Shown here piece by piece: positions 16,759-26,501 of a DNA stretch of 64,000 bases. The stretch lies in IMG/VR virus record IMGVR_UViG_3300050821_007696, positions 1 through 64,000 of that record; one strand, 5' to 3'. The stretch comes from a virus. The first letter of the stretch is position 1. Each line of letters opens with the position of its first letter. The notes beneath the pieces are model-generated. The model worked only from the letters and a program-made list of their open reading frames with translations. It did no database searches and had not been told where the DNA came from. The translations under genes and the position numbers were made by a program.

Positions 16759-17825
16759 AGATCCTTGCATCGCACGACGGCGGCTCCGGTTGCGCCTGGT
16801 ACAGGATTTATGTTCCGCTGACCGCGGTGAACGCCCTGACCCCGGATGTCAGCGTCGCGTTTCGGTCCGGCGGCGCCAAGCTCATGCGGGACGCGCCGCC
16901 CGCGGTGAAGCTGACCGACGCGGACGACGTTGACGTGGTGGTCTCCCAGCGGGCCAGCGCGTACGAGGGCCTCGGCCTGTGGCGCCGGTGGGGCAGTACC
17001 CCGTGGCGGCGCACCGTGTACGAGAACGACGACGACGTCTTCTCCATCACCCGGGAGAACTCAGCCGCCTACGCTTCCTACAAGGAGGGGACTGACGTCC
17101 GCGAGGCGACGCTGCGCTACATCGCTACCGCCAACCTGGTGACCACCACCAGCCCGCACCTCGGTGACCGCTTCCGCGAGATGCTCGGCAACCGGGTCAC
17201 CGTGGAGGTGCTGCCCAACTACGTCCCCGGCTGGGTGCTAGATTTGCCCCGCGACCCGTTCGACCGGCGGCTCCGCATCGGCTGGGCCGGCGGTGCCTCC
17301 CATGCGCGCGACATTCACATGGCGGTACCGTCGGTCCGCCGACTCTTGAAACGGTTCCCGCAGTGGGACCTGTACCTCAACGGCGTCGACTACCGGGACA
17401 AGTTCAAGTGCCCGCCCGAGCGGTCATTCCACATCCCGTGGATACACGTCACCGACGACCCCGAGGTCTACTACCGCGCTATCGACTTCGACATCGGCAT
17501 CTGCCCGCTGCTGTCCACCCAGTTCAGCCGCTCCAAGAGCCATGTCAAGGCACTTGAGTACTTCAGCCGCGGCATCCCCGTCGTCGCGTCCGACGTCGAG
17601 CCGTACCGCCGGTTCATCGACCACGGCGTCAACGGGTTCCTCGCGAAGACGGACCACGAGTGGCTGCGGTACCTGTCCGAGCTGGCGGGCAGCACCGACC
17701 TGCGGCTGAAGATGGGGGCAGCTGCCAAGGAGAAAGCACGTGAGAACACTATCGAGGGCCACTATGGTGAGTGGGTTAACGCGTACCGTATGTTGTTCCC
17801 GGTGGGATGGGAGTACAAAGGCTGA
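16755..17825 (+). CDS. GT-B (GT4-like) glycosyltransferase
   Basis: RIGWAG, DIGICPL, KSHVKALEY...GIPVVASD, HGVNGFL. Confidence 0.9.
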   Translation: MKILASHDGGSGCAWYRIYVPLTAVNALTPDVSVAFRSGGAKLMRDAPPAVKLTDADDVDVVVSQRASAYEGLGLWRRWGSTPWRRTVYENDDDVFSITRENSAAYASYKEGTDVREATLRYIATANLVTTTSPHLGDRFREMLGNRVTVEVLPNYVPGWVLDLPRDPFDRRLRIGWAGGASHARDIHMAVPSVRRLLKRFPQWDLYLNGVDYRDKFKCPPERSFHIPWIHVTDDPEVYYRAIDFDIGICPLLSTQFSRSKSHVKALEYFSRGIPVVASDVEPYRRFIDHGVNGFLAKTDHEWLRYLSELAGSTDLRLKMGAAAKEKARENTIEGHYGEWVNAYRMLFPVGWEYKG

Positions 17826-17989
17826 TGGCGTCCTGGACTCAGGTTACCCCCGGGTCGGCGTACGTGCAGAACGCGCTGCCGTCATGCCGTAACCAGGGGT
17901 GCCAGGCTCCCGAGCTAGCGGCGCTTGCACGGCACATATCCGATGAAGCGCACAAGACCCTAGAGATGCTGAGCAGGAAAGAGGGGCAG

Positions 17990-18235
17990 ATGGAGCCGAC
18001 GAAGGCGCTGTGGTGCGAGCAGGGCGGGCACTCCTTCAGCGAGAAGGACCCTGACCTCCAGGTGCTCACGATCCAGGGGAAGGACAAGGAGGGCAAGCCG
18101 ATGTCTGAGTCGCGCACTATCTGTGGCCCCTGCGCGGCAAAGACCAAGGTGAACCTCGGCAGCGCCCGGAATGCCCCGGTTACCGAGCTTCCCCCTGGGG
18201 AGGATGTAAAGTCTCGCTTATGCGATACCTGGTGA
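17990..18235 (+). CDS. small zinc-binding hypothetical protein (start uncertain)
   Basis: WCEQGGH...ICGPC; SD GAGGGG. Confidence 0.6.
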   Translation: MEPTKALWCEQGGHSFSEKDPDLQVLTIQGKDKEGKPMSESRTICGPCAAKTKVNLGSARNAPVTELPPGEDVKSRLCDTW

Positions 18236-19191
18236 CCGGCGGCGCCGGCTTCCTCGGCAGTAACCTCGTTCGCCGCCTCGTTGCCAGCGGCCATGAGGTC
18301 TGCGTTCTCGACGACCTGTCCCGCGGCAGGCGGTCACGCCTCGACGGGGTGAACTGCGAGCTTGTCTACGGTGACGTCCGCAGCCCCGAAGCGGTCGCCG
18401 TCGCGATGCAGGGCTGCAACGCCGTCGTGCACATGGCCTACCTCCAGGGCACCCAGACGTTCTACGCCGAGCCCCGCCAGGTCCTCGACGTCGCCGTGCG
18501 CGGCATGCTGACCGTGCTCGACGCGTGCCAGGCAACCGGCTGCGCGGACATGCTGCTGGTCTCCTCGTCTGAGGCGTACCAGGTCGCGTCCGTCGTGCCC
18601 ACCCCGGAGACCATCCCGCTGACCGTCCCCGACGTGCTCAACCCCCGCTACTCCTACGGCGGCGGCAAGATCGCCTGCGAGCTGATGGCCCTGGCCTGGC
18701 AGCGGACTGGCGTCCTCGACCGCCTCGTCATCGCCCGGCCGCACAACATCTACGGCCCCGATATGGGCTGGGAGCACGTCATCCCCGAGTTCTGCGAGCG
18801 GATGACCAAGCTCGACCGCGAGCACCCCGAGGGGCTTATCCCGTTCCCCATCCAGGGCACCGGGCTGGAAACCCGGTCGTTCTGCTTCATCGACGACTGC
18901 ATCGACCAGCTTGAGGTCCTTACCCGGCCGGGTACCGAGGGCGGTGTCTATCACGTCGGCACCATGGACGAGTGGCGCATCGAGGACGTCGCCGGGCTGA
19001 CCGCCTGGAACTACGGCCGGGAGATCAAGCTCATGCCCGGCAAGCTCCCCCAGGGGTCGCCGCCCCGCCGCCTGCCCGACACGGCGAAGATTAACCGGGA
19101 ACTGTTCCGCACCCGGCCGCATGTTGAGCAGGTGCCGTTCCGCGAGGGCCTCGCCAAGACGGTTGAGTGGTACCGCGCCAATGAGCGGTGA
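18220..19191 (+). CDS. NAD-dependent epimerase/dehydratase (UDP-glucuronate decarboxylase-like SDR)
   Basis: VTGGAGFLG, SSSEAY, YGGGK (YxxxK), NIYGP, TRSFCFIDD. Confidence 0.9.
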   Translation: MRYLVTGGAGFLGSNLVRRLVASGHEVCVLDDLSRGRRSRLDGVNCELVYGDVRSPEAVAVAMQGCNAVVHMAYLQGTQTFYAEPRQVLDVAVRGMLTVLDACQATGCADMLLVSSSEAYQVASVVPTPETIPLTVPDVLNPRYSYGGGKIACELMALAWQRTGVLDRLVIARPHNIYGPDMGWEHVIPEFCERMTKLDREHPEGLIPFPIQGTGLETRSFCFIDDCIDQLEVLTRPGTEGGVYHVGTMDEWRIEDVAGLTAWNYGREIKLMPGKLPQGSPPRRLPDTAKINRELFRTRPHVEQVPFREGLAKTVEWYRANER

Positions 19192-20335
19192 CGTCAAGGA
19201 GTGCGGCGGCTGCGGTTCTGTCTTCCTGGCCTTGCTGTTCGACATGGGCACACAGCCGCTCGCCGAAGGCGGTTCCGCTTCCAGTTACCCGCTCAAGCTA
19301 CTCCGCTGTGATAACTGCGGCCTCGTCCAGCTGTCCTATGTCGTTGACCCGGAGACCGTGTTCCGGCCCGCGCACCCGTACACGACCGGGAACTCGCGGG
19401 TGCTGCGGGAGCACTACAGGTGCCTTGCCCGTCATCTTCAGTACAACCTGCTGGTCGAGGACCTGGTTGTCGATATCGGTGCTAACGACGGCACCCTGCT
19501 CAATTTCTTCGGGCCGGCGCTCCGGCGCGTTGCGGTCGAACCGACGGACCAGGGCAGGAAGATTCCCGAGGGCATCAGCTGGGAGAAGGGTTTCTTCACC
19601 CCGGGCCTTGCCCGCGGCATGCGCGATGGATACGGCCAGGCCAAGGTCATCACCGCCTGCAACGTCCTCGCGCACGCGCCTGATATCCATGGCTTCCTCG
19701 ACGGCGTGCACACTCTGCTCGACGATGACGGGGTGTTCGTCACCGAGAACCATGATCTCGCCAGCATCACCGAGGGCCTTCAGATCGACACGGTTTACCA
19801 CGAGCACCTGCGCTACTACACCCCCGGTACGCTGTGCCGCCTGCTGGAACAGCACGGCCTGCGGGTCACCGGCACCGAGCAGACCCCGGTGCACGGCGGG
19901 TCGTTCCGGGTGACCGCGCGCAGGGCACGGGACGGCTTCCCCGGCCGGGCCAGGGCCGCGGCGACCGCGCTGCGCGCCATGCTGTGGCAGCTGAAAGACA
20001 AGCACCAGGCCGTCTACGGTATCGGCGCCACTACCCGGGCGACCCCGCTGATCCACTACGCCGGCATCAAGGACTTCATCGACTGCGTCTGCGAACGGGC
20101 AGGCAGCGACAAGATCGGCACGCACATCCCCGGCACCGCGATCGAAGTGGTCGACGAGGAACGGCTCATTGCCGACCAGCCCCCCTACGCGCTCGTCCTG
20201 TCCTGGCACATCGCCGGCGACATCCTGCCGAAGCTCCGCGAGCGCGGGTACAAGGGCCAGTTCATCGTCCCGCTGCCCGAGCCGAGGGTAGTCAGCGCCG
20301 CCGACGCGTTCAGGGAAAGGCCCTACCGTGACTGA
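19181..20335 (+). CDS. NDP-sugar C-methyltransferase
   Basis: N-terminal CxxC...CxxC Zn site, DIGANDG, NVLAH, DTVYHEH, VHGGS, VLSWH: TylC3/NovU-type architecture. Confidence 0.9.
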   Translation: MSGDVKECGGCGSVFLALLFDMGTQPLAEGGSASSYPLKLLRCDNCGLVQLSYVVDPETVFRPAHPYTTGNSRVLREHYRCLARHLQYNLLVEDLVVDIGANDGTLLNFFGPALRRVAVEPTDQGRKIPEGISWEKGFFTPGLARGMRDGYGQAKVITACNVLAHAPDIHGFLDGVHTLLDDDGVFVTENHDLASITEGLQIDTVYHEHLRYYTPGTLCRLLEQHGLRVTGTEQTPVHGGSFRVTARRARDGFPGRARAAATALRAMLWQLKDKHQAVYGIGATTRATPLIHYAGIKDFIDCVCERAGSDKIGTHIPGTAIEVVDEERLIADQPPYALVLSWHIAGDILPKLRERGYKGQFIVPLPEPRVVSAADAFRERPYRD

Positions 20336-20693
20336 CCGCTTCGAGGACGACCGCGGCGTCATCCAGGACCTGCTGAACGACAGCGTCGACAGCATCACCT
20401 ACATCTTCACCCGGCGCGGTGCCGTCCGCGGCAACCACACGCACAACGAGACCACCCAGTGGACCTACGTCATCCAGGGCAGGCTGCTGATGGCGTCCCG
20501 CGTCCCGGGCGGCGTGGTGCTCACCCGGGAACACGGACCCGGCGAGCTGGTCACCGACAGACCCGGCGTCGCGCACGCCTGGGAGGCGCTGGAGGACACC
20601 GAGGTCCTGGTGTTCACCCAAGGGCCGCGGTCGGGAGCGAATTACGAGGACGACGTGCAGCGGCTGCCGCCCGGGGAAAGGCTGATCGGATGA
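20328..20693 (+). CDS. cupin (NDP-sugar isomerase/epimerase-like)
   Basis: FEDDRG, RGNHTH, PGVAHA motifs. Confidence 0.8.
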   Translation: MTDRFEDDRGVIQDLLNDSVDSITYIFTRRGAVRGNHTHNETTQWTYVIQGRLLMASRVPGGVVLTREHGPGELVTDRPGVAHAWEALEDTEVLVFTQGPRSGANYEDDVQRLPPGERLIG

Positions 20694-21325
20694 TGTCCAC
20701 TTGGCAGGTCCTGATCACCTCGATCCCGCACCGGCACGAGAAGCTGCTGCGGCTCCTTGCCGAGTTCGACCGGCAGCTGCCCCGGACCGGGGTCGGCGTG
20801 CTGCTGTACCGTGACGACCTCGAACTCTGCTACGGCGGCAAGACCCAGGCGCTGATTGAAGCGTCAACCGCTGATTACGTCTGCTGCGCCGACGATGACG
20901 ACATGATCGCCCCGGACTACGTCGAGAAGATCGCTACCGCCCTGGAAGACTTGCCGCAGTACGTCGGCTTCCGGGTCAGGTGGACGCAGAACACCGTTCC
21001 GCAGAAGCCCGTCATCCACTCCCTCGCCTGCGGCGGCTGGCAGGACACCTCCGGCCGTCTGGAACGGGACATTGCCCAGTTCAACCCGATCCGCCGTGAC
21101 ATCGCCCTGCTCGGCACCTGGGAAGGCGGCTGGGAAGCCGAGCGCCGCTGGGGGAACCAGGTCCGGGCTACCGGGGTGCTGCGGTACGAGACCTTCATCG
21201 ACGAGGAGCTGTACTACTACCAGGAATCCACCGGCGACTCCTTCAAGAGCGACCGCCGTCCCCTCGGGCACATGCCGGAACTGCCGGACTACCCGTGGCT
21301 CAGGCAGATAGGACCCTACGCGTGA
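20690..21325 (+). CDS. GT-A (GT2-like) glycosyltransferase
   Basis: VLITSIPHR, DYVCCADDDD. Confidence 0.8.
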   Translation: MMSTWQVLITSIPHRHEKLLRLLAEFDRQLPRTGVGVLLYRDDLELCYGGKTQALIEASTADYVCCADDDDMIAPDYVEKIATALEDLPQYVGFRVRWTQNTVPQKPVIHSLACGGWQDTSGRLERDIAQFNPIRRDIALLGTWEGGWEAERRWGNQVRATGVLRYETFIDEELYYYQESTGDSFKSDRRPLGHMPELPDYPWLRQIGPYA

Positions 21326-21945
21326 TCATCCCCGGCGAACCGGGCCTAGCTGCTGCCTACACCGATGAGCAGCCTGTCCGCGATGCCTACTGGCATCCGG
21401 CACCCGGAGACACCGTCATCGACATCGGCGCGGCGGTCGGCAGCTACACGGTCCCTGCGCTGCTAGCCGGCGCTCGCGTGATCGCCGTCGACCCGGACCG
21501 GGGCGCTACGGCCAAGCTAGAGCGCGTGGCTGCTGCGAATGGCCTGACAGACTTCACGGTCCTCAATGCTGCTGTGTTCGACAGCCCGGGTTACCCGGCG
21601 GACATGCGCGCGGCTCTAGAGGCGTCAGAGTACCCGTACCTGATCCCGCGGCCGGATGTCCTGTGGGCCACACTAGACGAGATCGCTGAGGGCCTGGACA
21701 AGGTAGACCTGATCAAGATCGACGTAGAGGGTGCTGAACTAGGGGTCTTGCGCAGCGGCCCGCGGGTCCTGAACGCATTGCGCCCCCGGCTGTTGATCGA
21801 AGACCATACCGAGGTCTACCCGTACGTAGCCCAGATAGACAGCCGTCGCCTGTGCACCGAGCTGCTCGTGGAAGCGGGCTACACCGTGACGGAAGTGCCC
21901 TGGGGACCGCCCCCGCGCACCTACCTGGTGTGTAGGCCGAACTGA
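21322..21945 (+). CDS. FkbM-family methyltransferase
   Basis: VIDIGAAVG, LIKIDVEGAE. Confidence 0.9.
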   Translation: MIIPGEPGLAAAYTDEQPVRDAYWHPAPGDTVIDIGAAVGSYTVPALLAGARVIAVDPDRGATAKLERVAAANGLTDFTVLNAAVFDSPGYPADMRAALEASEYPYLIPRPDVLWATLDEIAEGLDKVDLIKIDVEGAELGVLRSGPRVLNALRPRLLIEDHTEVYPYVAQIDSRRLCTELLVEAGYTVTEVPWGPPPRTYLVCRPN

Positions 21946-21954
21946 AGGAGAAGA

Positions 21955-22704
21955 GTGAGAGACCTGATGCTTGCCGTGCCCAGCCGCGGCCGTCCGCAGA
22001 ACATCGCCCGGCTGATGTCCACGATGAAGGCGACGTGCGAGATGAAGACAGACCTAGCCGTCGGGCTAGACGAGGACGATCCGGCGCTGCCGGATTACCG
22101 CAGCGTAATGGAAACGAGCCAGCGCCCTGACATCGTCTCCTGGGAAATCCGGAACGACCTGCGTAAAGTCACCGCCTGGACGAACCACCTGGTTAGCTGG
22201 AAAACCTACGACTACCGGGCTTTCGGGCAGGTCGGCGACGACAACGTGTTCAGTACCCCCGGCTGGGATACGCAGATCATGGACGCGCTGGAGAAGACGC
22301 CGTTCGCGTTCGGCAACGACCAGTACCCCTCGCGGGCGCCCGGCACTCTGTCCTGCCACGTCTTCATGCGCGCCGAGGTCGTCAAGGCGCTCGGGTACTT
22401 CGGGCCGCCGTCGATCGCGCACATGTACGTGGACGTCGCCTGGTACGCCTGGGGCACCGCCTGCGGCATCACCTACCTGCACGACGTGCTGATCCCGCAC
22501 CTGCACTACACCTCCGGCGGCGCCCCGCACGACGCCACCTACCAGAGTTCCTATTCCGGCACCGGCGAGGACCTGCGCGCCTGGCACGCCTACTGCCGCG
22601 ACGGCAGCCTCAACGCCGATATCCGCAAGCTCGGCGGCACCGAGTTCAGCCCGCTCGCGCTCGCGCAGTTCAACAGCGACCTGTTCGTCCCGGAGGTCTG
22701 GTGA
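21955..22704 (+). CDS. GT-A glycosyltransferase
   Basis: VPSRGRP, VGDD, HMYVD, PHLH. Confidence 0.75.
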   Translation: MRDLMLAVPSRGRPQNIARLMSTMKATCEMKTDLAVGLDEDDPALPDYRSVMETSQRPDIVSWEIRNDLRKVTAWTNHLVSWKTYDYRAFGQVGDDNVFSTPGWDTQIMDALEKTPFAFGNDQYPSRAPGTLSCHVFMRAEVVKALGYFGPPSIAHMYVDVAWYAWGTACGITYLHDVLIPHLHYTSGGAPHDATYQSSYSGTGEDLRAWHAYCRDGSLNADIRKLGGTEFSPLALAQFNSDLFVPEVW

Positions 22705-22979
22705 GCGGTCACGACCTGGTCCGCGAGATTATCGCCAAGCACGGCGCGGACCGTTATCCCACGGTAGAGCTTGCTGCGATGAAGGTCGCGGAAGAGCTAG
22801 GGGAACTGATGGCGGAGCTGCTGCGCGGGCTGTACGTGCCGATGCCCAGCGACGGGACGCGCAAGGAGTACGCCGACGTCGGGCTTGCCCTGTACGGGCT
22901 GGGTAACATCCTCGGCCTTGACCTGGAGGCTGAGATGCGCCGGGTCGTAGCGAACGAGACACGGAGGTTCGACCGGTGA
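22701..22979 (+). CDS. MazG-like nucleotide pyrophosphohydrolase
   Basis: KVAEELGEL...EYADV. Confidence 0.75.
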   Translation: MSGHDLVREIIAKHGADRYPTVELAAMKVAEELGELMAELLRGLYVPMPSDGTRKEYADVGLALYGLGNILGLDLEAEMRRVVANETRRFDR

Positions 22980-23611
22980 GCAAGCCCCTGGTTTCGGTGA
23001 TCACCCCGACCTGGGGCCAGCGGCACGAGAAGCTGGTCAACCGGTGCATCCCGTCGGTTCAGGCACAGGCGTACCCGAAGGTCGAGCACGTCATCGTGTC
23101 TGACGGCCCGGACTACAAGCTGTCGAGCCTGATGCTTGAGCTGATGTCCGGAAGCGCCTTCACTCACCGGACCGAGTTCTCCTCGCTGAAGGAGCACGAC
23201 CCGGAGCCTCACTGGGGGCATCACGCCCGGCTGCGGGGCATCGAGATGTCCGCGGGCGAGTACATCGCCTACTGCGACGACGACGACGCGCTGCGCCCCG
23301 ACCACGTGCGGCTGCTCGCCGGGGTGCTGAGCGACGACCCGTCCGTCGGCTGGGCGTACTCGGTGATGGCCAGCCACAGCCGGTCCGGGGAGTGGTTCCA
23401 CGTGGGGGCCGGGGCCGGCGCTCCCATGGGCGGGCAGATCGGCACCCCGATGATCATGCACCGGCGCAGCGTCCTGGAGCACGGCACCTGGGGGCCGGCG
23501 TCGGCGACGGAAGACTGGGAGCTGGTGCAGCGGTGGCTCGCCGCGGGCGTCACTTACGGGCGCGTGCACGAGGTGACAGTTGACGTCTGGCCTTCTTCGT
23601 ACTGGAGTTAA
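22976..23611 (+). CDS. GT2 glycosyltransferase
   Basis: LVSVITPT, IVSDG, YIAYCDDDD, EDWEL. Confidence 0.9.
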   Translation: MSKPLVSVITPTWGQRHEKLVNRCIPSVQAQAYPKVEHVIVSDGPDYKLSSLMLELMSGSAFTHRTEFSSLKEHDPEPHWGHHARLRGIEMSAGEYIAYCDDDDALRPDHVRLLAGVLSDDPSVGWAYSVMASHSRSGEWFHVGAGAGAPMGGQIGTPMIMHRRSVLEHGTWGPASATEDWELVQRWLAAGVTYGRVHEVTVDVWPSSYWS

Positions 23612-23630
23612 CGCGTGGTAGCGTGACGCC

Positions 23631-23795
23631 ATGACTACTCCAGAGCCCCTTGACGAGCAGCCGGGCGGCGGCGTGGAGATCCGCGGCGGCAACAGCCCGG
23701 CCGACTGGAACCAGCCGCTGCCGTTCGTCGAGGAAGACCTGCGGCGCGAACAGGCACGCTGCGGCCCGGACTGCGACTGCGAAGAGGACGAGTGA
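23631..23795 (+). CDS. acidic microprotein with CGPDCDC tail
   Basis: leaderless TAGCGT-N6-ATG; coupled to the next gene. Confidence 0.6.
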   Translation: MTTPEPLDEQPGGGVEIRGGNSPADWNQPLPFVEEDLRREQARCGPDCDCEEDE

Positions 23796-24379
23796 CCGGA
23801 GTCCAGGCGCTCACTATCACCCCCGACCCTGACCTGCCGTTCCTGTCAGCTGCCGCGGTGATCCGCGACGTCCAGAAGACCGAGCACCAGTGGTTCAGCC
23901 AGGGTGACCCGGCGTCCCCGACCCTGCCCTGGATGCCGTTCCAGCCGGCTGACTTCCTGTCGATCCTCTTCGAGTGCATCCCCGAGCTGACGGGCCGGGG
24001 CTTCCTTGACGTCGGGTGCGGCCCCGGCACCAAGATGCTCCTGGCCCGTCACTTTTACGGGCTGAACGCCTGCGGCATCGAGATCGTGCCGGCGATGGCG
24101 AAGGCGGCTGGGCAGTACGGCGACGTCTGGAACGACGACGCTCTCCAGATGCCTCCCGGCGCCTACGCCTCGTGGGACCTGGTCTGGCTGTACCGGCCGT
24201 TCCGCGACCGGCTGCTGGAAGAGCAGCTCGAAGCTCGCATCATGGACGAGATGCAGCCCGGCGCGATCCTGGCCGGCGGAGGCTGGGAGCTGTGCCCGGC
24301 GGCGGTCGGCTGGCCGCCCGTGATGGATGACTGGGAACTGCGGCGCGGTGCCTGGATGAAGCCTACGATGCAGTCATGA
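23792..24379 (+). CDS. class I SAM-dependent methyltransferase
   Basis: FLDVGCGPG, GIE, LYRPF. Confidence 0.85.
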   Translation: MTGVQALTITPDPDLPFLSAAAVIRDVQKTEHQWFSQGDPASPTLPWMPFQPADFLSILFECIPELTGRGFLDVGCGPGTKMLLARHFYGLNACGIEIVPAMAKAAGQYGDVWNDDALQMPPGAYASWDLVWLYRPFRDRLLEEQLEARIMDEMQPGAILAGGGWELCPAAVGWPPVMDDWELRRGAWMKPTMQS

Positions 24380-24627
24380 CTCCCCGTCGTTACGTTTCAG
24401 TGCCGCACGAGCTGTCCGTGCTGACCTGGCCGGAAGACTCCCCGGCTGACTTCGAGGCCATGATCGGCGCCGAGAACGTGAACGCCTTCCCCGGTGGTAT
24501 CCAGGTCCGCAACGACGAAGGCGAGTGGTTCACCCTGCGGGACGGGTGGGCCGTCAGCCTCGACAGCAACGGTATCCGGTCGGTGGAAAGCCGCGCGGTT
24601 ATAGGCCAGAAGTACCGTCCTGCCTGA
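24376..24627 (+). CDS. hypothetical protein
   Basis: ATGA-coupled ORF. Confidence 0.65.
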   Translation: MTPRRYVSVPHELSVLTWPEDSPADFEAMIGAENVNAFPGGIQVRNDEGEWFTLRDGWAVSLDSNGIRSVESRAVIGQKYRPA

Positions 24628-24647
24628 CCCAGGCTTATCCTGCCGGT

Positions 24648-24926
24648 ATGAGCCTGCTGGAGTTCGTCAAGCACTTCCGGGTCACCGGGGCCGGCTGGTA
24701 CTGGATCGTCTGGTTCTTCGGCGGTTTCGGCGTCTACGAAGGCTGGGGTCTAGCCTTCAATACCCAGGACACCCTGTCGTGGCAGTTCTGGGGCCTGGAG
24801 CAGATCAACTTCGCCGACCCTATGGACTTCGCCGAGTGGACCCCTGTTCACTGGGTTATAGCAACGATGATCTTCGGCCTGCTCTTCTGGCTGGCGTTTC
24901 ACCTCGTCTTCGGCATCTGGCGGTAG
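24648..24926 (+). CDS. Trp/Phe-rich membrane protein
   Basis: two hydrophobic segments; leaderless TATCCT-N6-ATG. Confidence 0.7.
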   Translation: MSLLEFVKHFRVTGAGWYWIVWFFGGFGVYEGWGLAFNTQDTLSWQFWGLEQINFADPMDFAEWTPVHWVIATMIFGLLFWLAFHLVFGIWR

Positions 24927-24934
24927 GAGCGTTC

Positions 24935-25237
24935 ATGGCGATGTTCGGGCAGCTGAGTCCCGGCGCGACCGTCCAGCTGATCACGCAGAAGCTCGCTGCG
25001 CTGCGGTCCGCGTTCGAGGACTGCGAGGACGTCTACCAGTGGCTGTCGGCCTATTCCCTGTCTGATATGGAAGCTGCGCCGCTGAGCCTGTCCGCCGGCG
25101 ACGGGCAGGATATCCTCAACGCCCTCGGCGACGCCCACGACCTGTGGATGACCGCCCAGGGCGAGGCCGGGTTCCCCACCGCATCCCTGCCCTACAACTT
25201 TTTCGCGTCCATGAGGATGATCACCGGCGCGCGCTAG
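24935..25237 (+). CDS. hypothetical protein
   Basis: SD AGGAG; ends in the 18-bp element. Confidence 0.7.
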   Translation: MAMFGQLSPGATVQLITQKLAALRSAFEDCEDVYQWLSAYSLSDMEAAPLSLSAGDGQDILNALGDAHDLWMTAQGEAGFPTASLPYNFFASMRMITGAR

Positions 25238-25252
25238 TGCCAGCTGGCACTG
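25235..25252 (+). repeat. 18-bp element, copy 2
   Basis: exact TAGTGCCAGCTGGCACTG; TAG is a stop codon. Confidence 0.95.
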
Positions 25253-25268
25253 GGAAGCGCTGGCCAGC

Positions 25269-25331
25269 TAGTCTGTAGCTGACGCCTGAGGCCGCACGCG
25301 GAGCCGGGCACGCCTACGAAAGGTGTGCCTG
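25269..25331 (+). promoter_or_regulatory. -10 box plus late-gene leader motif (fibre operon)
   Basis: TAGTCT...GCC-TGA-GGCC-GCACGC-GGAGCC; hairpin GGGCACGCCT/AGGTGTGCCT covers SD and GTG. Confidence 0.8.
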
Positions 25332-25648
25332 TGTTCGACCCCCCGCTGTTCAGTCGGCCTGACGAGTGGTACTGCCCCAACTGCGCAGTCACCGACGTCA
25401 CCGCGCCCCTCCCTCCCGGCACGTCCCGGTACCACCCGTGCGCCGGGCTGCACGGCCTCAACGCCCCATTGGTCCGGGTCGGCACCCGCGCCAAGGTCGA
25501 GGCTCATACCCGTGAGGACTACCTCAACGGCGACCAGCAGCAGCTCGGGGACGATGGCAAGGTCTACATGAACGTCGAAGTCACCCGCGACGAGGGCACC
25601 GACGTCACCGTGTTCGCGGGCCTCGCCCACGCAGAGATGAGGAGCTGA
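25325..25648 (+). CDS. hypothetical protein with CxxC...HxC
   Basis: first gene of a putative structural operon. Confidence 0.75.
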   Translation: MPVFDPPLFSRPDEWYCPNCAVTDVTAPLPPGTSRYHPCAGLHGLNAPLVRVGTRAKVEAHTREDYLNGDQQQLGDDGKVYMNVEVTRDEGTDVTVFAGLAHAEMRS

Positions 25649-25651
25649 TTA

Positions 25652-25981
25652 ATGGGAACCATGGGGACTGCTGCTGTCTTCTGGACGGCGCATGTTACGT
25701 CGGGGAACGAGGACCAAGTAAGCCTTTACGACAACACGCGAGAAGTTCAGATAACAGCGCTAGTAGGCGATTGCTATGTTTCGCCGAATGCCCTTACGCA
25801 CCCGCCGGCGCTAGATGCGATGTCAACCAGCGACCACTGGGATGGAGCGATTGTTCTTGAGGGACAGACACGGGTTCTCAAGCTCCGGGACTGTGATGTT
25901 CCTGACAACGTCCTTTACGTAGGGCCTGTTACCCCGTCTTCGGGCGCATGCACCTTGAGCGTTATTGCGACGGTGAACTGA
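25652..25981 (+). CDS. hypothetical beta-rich protein (atypical codon usage)
   Basis: SD GAGGAG; visibly lower GC. Confidence 0.65.
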   Translation: MGTMGTAAVFWTAHVTSGNEDQVSLYDNTREVQITALVGDCYVSPNALTHPPALDAMSTSDHWDGAIVLEGQTRVLKLRDCDVPDNVLYVGPVTPSSGACTLSVIATVN

Positions 25982-25982
25982 C

Positions 25983-26492
25983 ATGGGTTGGTCCGCGAGT
26001 GCGATTTTTCAGCAGGCGATGCTGAACCCGATGCTCGGCCGCCTCTGGACGACTGCTGCCCCGACCTCGTTCTCCAGCCTGTCGGCCGACACGATTAACT
26101 GCGCGCTCTACAACACTACGCCGACGCCGAATAAGGCTGACACTCTCGCCAATACGCTTTACCTTGCTGGCCAGTGGGTGACAGGCAACGAAATCACGGG
26201 TACGGGCTACACCGCTGGCGGCGCAACTCTAGGCACCAAGACGTTCGCCATCGACACCGGTTCTAGCTCAATTTGCTTCACCACGGCTAACCCATCCTGG
26301 ACAGGCGCGACCTTGTCTGGCGTGTTCGGCGACCTGGTCTACGACGCTACGACTACGAGCACTTATCTCAAGCAGGGGCTTTGTTACAACTACTTCGGCG
26401 GTTCCCAGTCGGTCACAGCCGGCACCTTCACCGTCCAGTGGGCCACGCCGGCCGGCGCCGCCGTCACCGCAGTCTTCAACGTCTCGGTGTAA
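25983..26492 (+). CDS. putative virion (head/neck fibre-associated) protein
   Basis: Thr-rich; NEITGTGYTAGG...GTFTVQW. Confidence 0.7.
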   Translation: MGWSASAIFQQAMLNPMLGRLWTTAAPTSFSSLSADTINCALYNTTPTPNKADTLANTLYLAGQWVTGNEITGTGYTAGGATLGTKTFAIDTGSSSICFTTANPSWTGATLSGVFGDLVYDATTTSTYLKQGLCYNYFGGSQSVTAGTFTVQWATPAGAAVTAVFNVSV

Positions 26493-26501
26493 GGGGAAGC
26501 C

